A DNA stretch of 64,000 nucleotides. It comes from Octopus bimaculoides (taxonomy: Eukaryota). The notes under the pieces are model-generated. The model saw nothing but the letters and a program-made list of their open reading frames with translations, searched no databases and had not been told where the DNA came from. A program made the position numbers and the translations under genes. The stretch is from assembly GCF_001194135.2 (NCBI RefSeq), contig NC_068981.1:26681182-26745181 (forward strand), written 5' to 3'. Positions 55,161 through 64,000 of this stretch are shown here, piece by piece (within the stretch, counting starts at the first letter, position 1; every line of letters begins with the position of its first letter).

Positions 55161-55494
55161 AAAGACCCCCTTCGGTGATGAATGACCATGGGATTGGACC
55201 TAGAAAGTTACCCTCTGAGACACAAGTCCTGGCAAGGTTGTTTATGGAAGACCAGCAGTCGTCCATGCATACCAGCCTCCCCTCTCCACGTTTCCAATGT
55301 TATTAAAAGGAAAAACAAAGGACGATACAGCTTGGCACCAGAGACAGCGAAACTCATTTCTACAGCTGAGTGAACTAGAGAAACGTGAAATAAAGTGCCT
55401 TGCTCAAGAAGACAACACACAGCCAAGTGCGAGAATCGAACTGACTACCTCATGAATATGAGCCGGACACTCTAATTGCTGCGTCATGCGCCTT
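55161..55494 (-). mobile_element. SINE with family B head/core but a different 3' tail
   Basis: Shares ACTCATTT...CAGCTGAGTG...CGTGAAATAAAGTG.CTTGCTCAAG and the tRNA head with 158-482. The distal ~185 bp (GACCCCCTTCGG...GGCACCAG) is unrelated to that copy. Confidence 0.85.
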
Positions 55495-55567
55495 TATATA
55501 TATACATAGACTACGATAGCGTTGCTATTATGTTAAACTGTCGTATGTCCAAATTTAGCCAAGCGCA

Positions 55568-55772
55568 TTACTGTTTACTCTTTTACTTGTTTCAGTCATT
55601 TGACTGTGGCCATGCTGAAGCACCGCCTTTAGTCGAAGAAATCGACCCCAGGACTTATTCTTTGTAAGCCTAGTACTTATTCTATCGGTCCCTTTTGCCG
55701 AATCGCTAAGTTACGGGGGCGTAAACACATCGTCATCGGTTGTTAAGCGATGTTGGGGACAAACACAGACAC

Positions 55773-55780
<8 letters not shown>
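55568..55780 (-). mobile_element. SINE family C, tail half (head lost in gap)
   Basis: TTTACTCTTTTACTTGTTTCAGTCATTTGACTG...GATGTTGGGGACAAACACAGAC is nearly identical to 9720-9915. Confidence 0.9.
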
Positions 55781-55815
<35 letters not shown>

Positions 55816-56460
55816 NNNNNNNNNNNNNNNNNNNNNNNNNNNNNNNNNNNNNNNNNNNNNNNNNNNNNNNNNNNNNNNNNNNNNNNNNNNNNNNNNNNNN
55901 NNNNNNNNNNNNNNNNNNNNNNNNNNNNNNNNNNNNNNNNNNNNNNNNNNNNNNNNNNNNNNNNNNNNNNNNNNNNNNNNNNNNNNNNNNNNNNNNNNNN
56001 NNNNNNNNNNNNNNNNNNNNNNNNNNNNNNNNNNNNNNNNNNNNNNNNNNNNNNNNNNNNNNNNNNNNNNNNNNNNNNNNNNNNNNNNNNNNNNNNNNNN
56101 NNNNNNNNNNNNNNNNNNNNNNNNNNNNNNNNNNNNNNNNNNNNNNNNNNNNNNNNNNNNNNNNNNNNNNNNNNNNNNNNNNNNNNNNNNNNNNNNNNNN
56201 NNNNNNNNNNNNNNNNNNNNNNNNNNNNNNNNNNNNNNNNNNNNNNNNNNNNNNNNNNNNNNNNNNNNNNNNNNNNNNNNNNNNNNNNNNNNNNNNNNNN
56301 NNNNNNNNNNNNNNNNNNNNNNNNNNNNNNNNNNNNNNNNNNNNNNNNNNNNNNNNNNNNNNNNNNNNNNNNNNNNNNNNNNNNNNNNNNNNNNNNNNNN
56401 NNNNNNNNNNNNNNNNNNNNNNNNNNNNNNNNNNNNNNNNNNNNNNNNNNNNNNNNNNNN

Positions 56461-56497
<37 letters not shown>

Positions 56498-57042
56498 TGT
56501 CGATTATAAACACTCAGCATTATTCAATATCAGTTTTTGTAATCGATAAATATAGCATTATGTTGGAACATATTAGTGCACTGTGAATATACTAATATTG
56601 TATGCAAAAATCTGCGAATATTTCCACAATTACTTCCATCAACATCTCCATTTACTTCTTTTTGCTTCTGATCATTCCTAAATCGTCAATTAGTAATTCA
56701 CCCAGTCGACAAACTCCAAAATTCTAAGCTCATAATTAGTTGATTATTCACGTCCATATATACCGGATGACATTATATCCATGCATATATCGTTGTAGAC
56801 GTTGTTAGCATATATGAACGTAGTGTTTTCTAGATTCAATGTTTATACATATGAATATATGAATATTATATCAACATGCATATAATACACATGTTTCGGT
56901 GACAAGCCATTGAAATAACAATTAGCAAAATGGTATTTGAAAGAGATCGTACACAGCACTCACACGCATATACATGTGAGTGTGTCGGTGTCTTCTGTGT
57001 CTTTGTGTTTATAAGTATGTATGTGTATGTTTGTGTGCGTGC

Positions 57043-57088
<46 letters not shown>

Positions 57089-57794
57089 NNNNNNNNNNNN
57101 NNNNNNNNNNNNNNNNNNNNNNNNNNNNNNNNNNNNNNNNNNNNNNNNNNNNNNNNNNNNNNNNNNNNNNNNNNNNNNNNNNNNNNNNNNNNNNNNNNNN
57201 NNNNNNNNNNNNNNNNNNNNNNNNNNNNNNNNNNNNNNNNNNNNNNNNNNNNNNNNNNNNNNNNNNNNNNNNNNNNNNNNNNNNNNNNNNNNNNNNNNNN
57301 NNNNNNNNNNNNNNNNNNNNNNNNNNNNNNNNNNNNNNNNNNNNNNNNNNNNNNNNNNNNNNNNNNNNNNNNNNNNNNNNNNNNNNNNNNNNNNNNNNNN
57401 NNNNNNNNNNNNNNNNNNNNNNNNNNNNNNNNNNNNNNNNNNNNNNNNNNNNNNNNNNNNNNNNNNNNNNNNNNNNNNNNNNNNNNNNNNNNNNNNNNNN
57501 NNNNNNNNNNNNNNNNNNNNNNNNNNNNNNNNNNNNNNNNNNNNNNNNNNNNNNNNNNNNNNNNNNNNNNNNNNNNNNNNNNNNNNNNNNNNNNNNNNNN
57601 NNNNNNNNNNNNNNNNNNNNNNNNNNNNNNNNNNNNNNNNNNNNNNNNNNNNNNNNNNNNNNNNNNNNNNNNNNNNNNNNNNNNNNNNNNNNNNNNNNNN
57701 NNNNNNNNNNNNNNNNNNNNNNNNNNNNNNNNNNNNNNNNNNNAAGAAAAAACAACGCGAGGACGTGGAAAAGAAAGGAAAGAAAACAAAGAGG

Positions 57795-57830
57795 ATTGCA
57801 CGTTTCGAGCGGAGCTCTTCATCGGATATA
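57795..57830 (-). ncRNA. Minimal hammerhead-ribozyme-like motif, copy 3 (decayed)
   Basis: Minus strand reads CCGAUGA-A-GAGC(UCC)GCUC-GAAAC-GUG. Stem II is intact, but U4 is changed to C and the cleavage-site base is G. The flank shares CAACGCGAGGAC with copy 2. Confidence 0.5.
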
Positions 57831-58027
57831 TAGAAAAAGTCTAAAGAAGGGAAATATATGTATATACTCTTTTGGACATTCTTTTGAACTTTCTACTCTC
57901 CAGCTGCACCTCTCCTGCCTATAGATTACTCTGGACTCTTCTGTTGATGAAAAGTTGCTCCAATACACCACGACGTCTGAAGCCTTTGAACTTTTTCAAT
58001 TCCCGAGCATTATACTAATACATACAT

Positions 58028-58243
58028 AAAGGCGGAAAGCCGGCAGAATCGTTAGAACACTGGACGAAATGCCTAACGGTATTTCGGCCGTCGCTACGTT
58101 CTGAGTTCAAATTCTACAGAGATCGACTTTGCCTTTCATCCATTCGGAGTCGATAAATTAAGTACCAATGAAACACTGGGTTCGATGCAATCGACTAGTC
58201 TCTTCCCGACAAATATGAGGGCTTGTGCCTCCAGTATAAAGGG
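58028..58243 (+). mobile_element. tRNA-derived SINE, family D
   Basis: AAGGCGG...GGCAGAATCGTTAG head, GAGTTCAAATTC B-box, and central GACTTTGCCTTTCATCC...GTCGATAAATTAAGTACC. Homologous to 61266-61460. Confidence 0.85.
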
Positions 58244-61200
58244 TTCTATTTGATATTATTGTTTGTTTAAATGTTGCATACTATGTATATTCCTCTATGT
58301 GTGCGCGCCCGCCCGCATGTATTATAAGAACATTATTTTTTACATGCACATTATGTATCTTTACTTGTGTAAATAATGGTATAAAATGTATATAGGAGGT
58401 GTTAACAGAAGAGTGATGTTTGTGCATTTTTGAATTCGAATACATATTGTTATGTGTATATCTGTGTGAACGTGAGAACAAACTGGTGTCTGTTTATGCT
58501 TAATTACATACATGTACGTATTACTATTAGCATGTTACTCCGATTGTATTTATCCGTAATTTCTCCACTAAAAAGTAACTGGAAGAAATTTTATTGCGAG
58601 GCAAAAACCAATATTGTTAATGGTCTAACCTTATTTTTAATATTTCATGAAGAATGGGAGGGAATTCCAGATTTATTTTAATTTTATTAGGCGTCCACTG
58701 GTCCCGTAGCGCGTCACTTCTTAACCAGCATTTGTATCGTTCCCTTTGCCGGTAAGCCTTTACCCTGAAACTTAACTTCAAAAATGTCACCATTTACTTA
58801 ACAGAACCCATTCTTAGATACGCTACCCCGATGTTCACTCTTTCCGTTACTGAGTACGTCATCTTGAAAAAAAGGGCTAGAGATGTTCACCCAATGTGAT
58901 AAGGATGTTGACATGTAAAGGGTCAAGAAAAATTTAATGACATCAAACTCACCAGTCTTTGAGGGCTTGTAAAGCTCCAGGACCAGCAGTTAAAAGACGA
59001 AAGCTGGCTTGCTGAGAAGCAACAATAAAAAGCATGGTTAATAAAATTATGGACGTCATAGCGTTATTCTTAATTGTAAAACGTTCAAATCGAGAAAGTT
59101 CAAACTGAAGAAGTAAAATTTAGTTCGAAATCTAGTAAGCAGTTGAGAAACACATCTTAGACATATGGAAGTAGTGGTTTCGATTCAAGCTTGAAGTAGT
59201 TTCACTATATTCGCTTGAGGAGAATTTGAACGTCAAAATGCTTACTTACTCTAAAATATAAAACAAATATTTTGTTTTGTTTGTCAAAAGACAAGATACT
59301 ATATGTTTCTTTCTCTCTATATATATATCCAATCAAATAGTAAAATAAAAACTATACATCGTTTTAAAAACCACGACAAACAATAAGAGAAAACACGGCA
59401 GAACATATTAACTAAGTATTACCACGTAATAAAAAAAAAGGTAATTATATATATGCAAGACGAACAGAACAGAAACCAATTACTTAGAATAATAAAGAAT
59501 TATCCTAAAAACAAAATTTGTCTACGAAAATAAATCTACAACAAAATAGAATATTCCCAGTACATAATATATACATAAACAATATAAAAAAAAAACATGA
59601 GATCGTATCGACCTATCCCTCCGGGTATACCTGATATCAGCTGTAAAAATATTGATGAGGAAAACCATATGAAACAATTGCCCTCCCAACAAAAATTGAT
59701 ATGAATAAAAACAAGAGAAAATTGCATTCGTGACGAATATGAAACATTTGCATATAACTAAAGTTGTTTACTTTGTTCAAGTGGTCCATTCCCATCTTGA
59801 GATGTGGCGCCAATTATTTATGATAAACGTGCATTTTCTTGTAAGAACGAATAGTGGAGAATCAGACAGACCTATTGTGTTTTCTCTCTCTCCCCGTATC
59901 TCTCTCTTTCTCTCACTCTCTCTGCAATAAGTATGTATGTATGTATGTATGTATGTATGTATGTATAAGGAGTAGACAACCACCATGTATGTACGTACGT
60001 ACGTATGCATGCATGTATGTATGTATGTATGTATGAATATAGAATGAGACCTAGATTGATAGATGTGTTTGTGTTTGTCTATTTGTATGTGTGTATGTGT
60101 ATTGTGTGCGCATACATCTTCCTGTGAATAAATTTTGTAATTGTTAATTTAAAGGAATTCTAAGAATAACTACATAACATCTACTGATTGCAGGTTTAAA
60201 AAAAATGTAGAGTGAAATTTATAATTATATATATATATATATTTATACATGTATATATATATANNNNNNNNNNNNNNNNNNNNNNNNNNNNNNNNNNNNN
60301 NNNNNNNNNNNNNNNNNNNNNNNNNNNNNNNNNNNNNNNNNNNNNNNNNNNNNNNNNNNNNNNNNNNNNNNNNNNNNNNNNNNNNNNNNNNNNNNNNNNN
60401 NNNNNNNNNNNNNNNNNNNNNNNNNNNNNNNNNNNNNNNNNNNNNNNNNNNNNNNNNNNNNNNNNNNNNNNNNNNNNNNNNNNNNNNNNNNNNNNNNNNN
60501 NNNNNNNNNNNNNNNNNNNNNNNNNNNNNNNNNNNNNNNNNNNNNNNNNNNNNNNNNNNNNNNNNNNNNNNNNNNNNNNNNNNNNNNNNNNNNNNNNNNN
60601 NNNNNNNNNNNNNNNNNNNNNNNNNNNNNNNNNNNNNNNNNNNNNNNNNNNNNNNNNNNNNNNNNNNNNNNNNNNNNNNNNNNNNNNNNNNNNNNNNNNN
60701 NNNNNNNNNNNNNNNNNNNNNNNNNNNNNNNNNNNNNNNNNNNNNNNNNNNNNNNNNNNNNNNNNNNNNNNNNNNNNNNNNNNNNNNNNNNNNNNNNNNN
60801 NNNNNNNNNNNNNNNNNNNNNNNNNNNNNNNNNNNNNNNNNNNNNNNNNNNNNNNNNNNNNNNNNNNNNNNNNNNNNNNNNNNNNNNNNNNNNNNNNNNN
60901 NNNNNNNNNNNNNNNNNNNNNNNNNNNNNNNNNNNNNNNNNNNNNNNNNNNNNNNNNNNNNNNNNNNNNNNNNNNNNNNNNNNNNNNNCATATGTACGCT
61001 TATATGTGTGTCTGAGTTTGTGCGTGTGAGTATGCGTGTGTGTAGATTGTAATTTACGGCTTTACTTGGGGCTGAACAGCAATGTTAAATGAACAACTCT
61101 CTGCATCCACATCTTATAAGTTCGTACAATATTCTGAATCTGTAATCAGAGTTCTCTCAAGCGATAAAATAATACAGAAATGTATGCATACAGAACTGAA

Positions 61201-61265
61201 TAACCAAAAATATAAATAAACATTTGAGTAAGTTATTCATTGACGCTCTATATTTTTTTCTCTTC

Positions 61266-61460
61266 AAGGTGGGGAGCTGGTAGAATCTTTATCGTACCAG
61301 AAGAAATGCTTTGTGACATTTTCCCCTCTACGTTCTGAGTTCAAACTTCGCTCTCCATCCATTCTGGTTTGCTAAAATAAGTACCAGTCAAGTACAGGGG
61401 TCAATGTAATTGACTCGTCCTCGCCCAGCAAATTTCAGGCCTTGTGCCTATGGTAGAAAA
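61266..61460 (+). mobile_element. SINE family D, older copy
   Basis: CTACGTTCTGAGTTCAAA, AAAATAAGTACCAG and GGCCTTGTGCCTA are colinear with 58028-58243. Confidence 0.78.
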
Positions 61461-62502
61461 TATATTATATCGCTCTCTGATTTACACTCCCTTTTCTCTC
61501 TCATCCCCACTCTCTCTTTCTCTCTCTCTTTCTCACTTTGTCTTTCTCCCACTCTATCTCACTAACTCTTCCTTCATACTGTGCCAGCTTCAAAATGGAT
61601 GCATGCACTGGAAAATGAATTCATAGATAGACAGACAGTCGGTACGGTCACAGGTATAGAGTTTGTAAACTATATTCGGTCGTTCAGATCATGACTGATC
61701 TAGACCCAATGACTTCTATGTATATTTTTCCCCTTTTTAAGAAAGAATAGAGCATAATATGAAATAGATTTGGCTGCTATTTATCGCAGCTCGAGCAAGC
61801 TTACAAACATTCTACTAGACTCAGCTTTCTTACATATACAAATATCAAAGGTGGGAAAATATGTAAAACCTTCTGAAGTAGCTAGTACGATTCAACATCC
61901 TAAAGATCCTCAACACATTTTTGTACATGGAGGGATAAACGTGTGTGTGTGTGTGTATGTATGCGCATGCGTATATACACGCACGTGTGTATGTACGTCT
62001 GTTTATATTACGTATATATATCAAAAGTGAGAATAATTTCACTTTTTGTGTACAATAAACATGCCATTCTATTTCCATTACAGACACCTGCATCAGATGC
62101 AAATAACAAATTAAGGATGTGGAACAACATACCTTAGACCACAAGGTGGTTCACAGGAAAATTCAGATGGTCTGTGGAAACGTATTTGTGGTCCACCTGA
62201 TGAGTTAACATTTTTCCGTATACACACACATGTCGCGCAAACGAAATGTGCCTCATTGCATATGCGTGAGCATATATGAGTGCACGCATTGCCTATTGGA
62301 CGATTAGCTATCCAATCATACACAGGCGCCTACAAACGAATCCATGTTTGTGCACATTAAAAACACAAAAAAAAGTGTGTTCTCAGCCGGTCAACGCGAT
62401 CGTGTTTTCTACCCAACATACTGTATTATCTCTCTAGGTACGTACATTTTTTTCGCATGTGTTAGTCTAATTTTAATCTGTAGAAATTTTGCTCTCAGTG
62501 AT

Positions 62503-64000
62503 ATGGAAAACGTGCCCTTAATTCTCCGTCCACCGACTCGGAAAAAAAGATTCTGTAGATGATATCACGAAGATTATATCAAATATGGTTTTGTATCTAG
62601 TGTAGAAGACCCTTTTTTTTTTTTACCACAGTGTGTTATCTGCTTAAAACTATTAACTAACAACTCAATGAAATCCTCGAAATTATTGTATCATCTGCAA
62701 AAAATCCATTCTGTTTATTTGGCAAGCCAAATGAGTACTTCGAAGAATACCATCGCGAAATATGTCTCATCTTCATCGCTCAAAAATTTCCTCGTCCATA
62801 GTAACAACCGTTCTGGTTTGCAGGCGTCCAATAACATTTCGCTCGTGATAGCAAAACAGAGTCGCCCACATACCGTTGGCGAAGATCTGATTAGGCCCTC
62901 CATATTTGAAGCATATAAAGTTGCTAATGTACCGAACGCTGCCCCAGTTTTACCAAGTATTCCACTTTCAAACAACACTGTATCTTCCCGCATTTATGAA
63001 ATGGCCGAAGATGTCGAATCCATAGTTGTAGAAATTTGCGACACTGCAGATTCTCGTTGACGGTGGATGGTAGCACTTTTGACAACTAAGATGTTGTCCT
63101 TACCTTTTCTCGCTATGCGAAAGGTACCACAGTTTGTGAAAACTTACTGAAGAACACGGGAGAGACGATCTACAATGCAGTCATGGATTATCTTACTAAA
63201 AATGGCATTGATCCCCTCAACCTCATATCAATATGCACTGACGGAGCACCGTCTATGATTGGCAAATTCCAGGGTTTTGTTGCCAGATAGATAGAATTTA
63301 ATCCCGTCTTCACAATTCATTGCGTTCTCCACCGAGAAAACCTGATTGCAAAAAGAACCGGAAATAATATATTTTCTGAAAACCTTGACTTAATTGCTTC
63401 CACAGTAAAAAAATAATCAAAAGATCTGCTCATCAAGACAGGCATTTTCAAGAAGCTTGTAAAGATGAAACGTTCGACCGTCTGTTGTATTCAACAGATA
63501 GATATACGCTGGCTATCAATGGGAAGTTGTCTCAGACCTTTTCTGGCACTTTTCGATAAAGTCATAGAGTTTCTTCAACAGACTGATCCAACTATGACAG
63601 CATCACTTTCTCTGAAAAAGCCTGTAATTTTTATTTACATGAAATCTTTCTTTACAAAAGCAAAACATCAGCATTGTATGAACCAGACACTTGATAAGGG
63701 TGCTTGTGAATAAACTCGTTCTTTGGAAACTTCAAATTGAAGATCATAACTTTCTGCATTTTGCGAACTTAAAACTCTTGTGGTAGATAACGACTTGCAC
63801 AGATATATAATCGGGCATCTATCTTTCCTTCAGGAAAAGTTCAATATTCGTTTTGAAGATCTTTTGGCTTTAAATATCCCAATTTGTGTGGACTCTCTTC
63901 ACACAGTGACTATGAACGATATACTTGTTCAACCAGAATACGTTTAGATGGAGCTATGTGAAGCGACGGTAGATGATAATGTGCGCAAATCGTCTGAAAA
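62503..64000 (+). mobile_element. Decayed hAT transposon, Buster/Charlie type (ZBED5/FAM200-like transposase pseudogene), runs off the window
   Basis: Reads RKKRFCR*YHEDYIKYGF...PQCVICLKLLTNNSMKSSKLLYHLQKIH (BED finger), HTVGEDLIRP, IPLSNNTVSSRI, SLTVDGST, ICTDGAPSMIG, IHCVLHRENL and IRWLSMG. Several stops and frameshifts. Confidence 0.93.

Noticed and set aside
59101-59145. CTGAAGA...GAAATCTAGTA, hammerhead-like on the + strand
   Set aside because: It needs at least two indels to fit and has no stem I, so chance cannot be excluded.
62176-62206. GAAACGTA followed by CTGATGAG (permuted hammerhead order)
   Set aside because: Stems I and II cannot be paired in the required register.

Overview
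AT-rich eukaryotic genomic DNA from a gapped draft assembly (about two dozen N-gaps, most abutting microsatellites). It is most likely a cephalopod (octopus-like). That is an inference from the extreme microsatellite density and the tRNA-derived SINE families present. I found no intact recognisable protein-coding gene, rRNA, true tRNA or CRISPR array, and nearly all ORFs in the track are microsatellite or gap artefacts. The window is an intronic/intergenic transposon graveyard. It holds at least four SINE families, two decayed mariner elements (one folded back on itself), two Tx1/L1-like LINE relics, three R4/Dong-type LINE fragments (two abutting TAA repeats), a decayed hAT (Buster/Charlie-type) transposase at the right edge, and several long-inverted-repeat MITE-like elements. 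The most interesting signals are (i) three dispersed copies of a minimal type-I hammerhead-ribozyme-like motif of the kind carried by Penelope-like retroelements, and (ii) a tight ETS + NRF1 + YY1 motif cluster in a CpG-rich patch at about 52.7 kb that looks like a housekeeping-type promoter. I cannot claim a wholly new biological system from this sequence alone.
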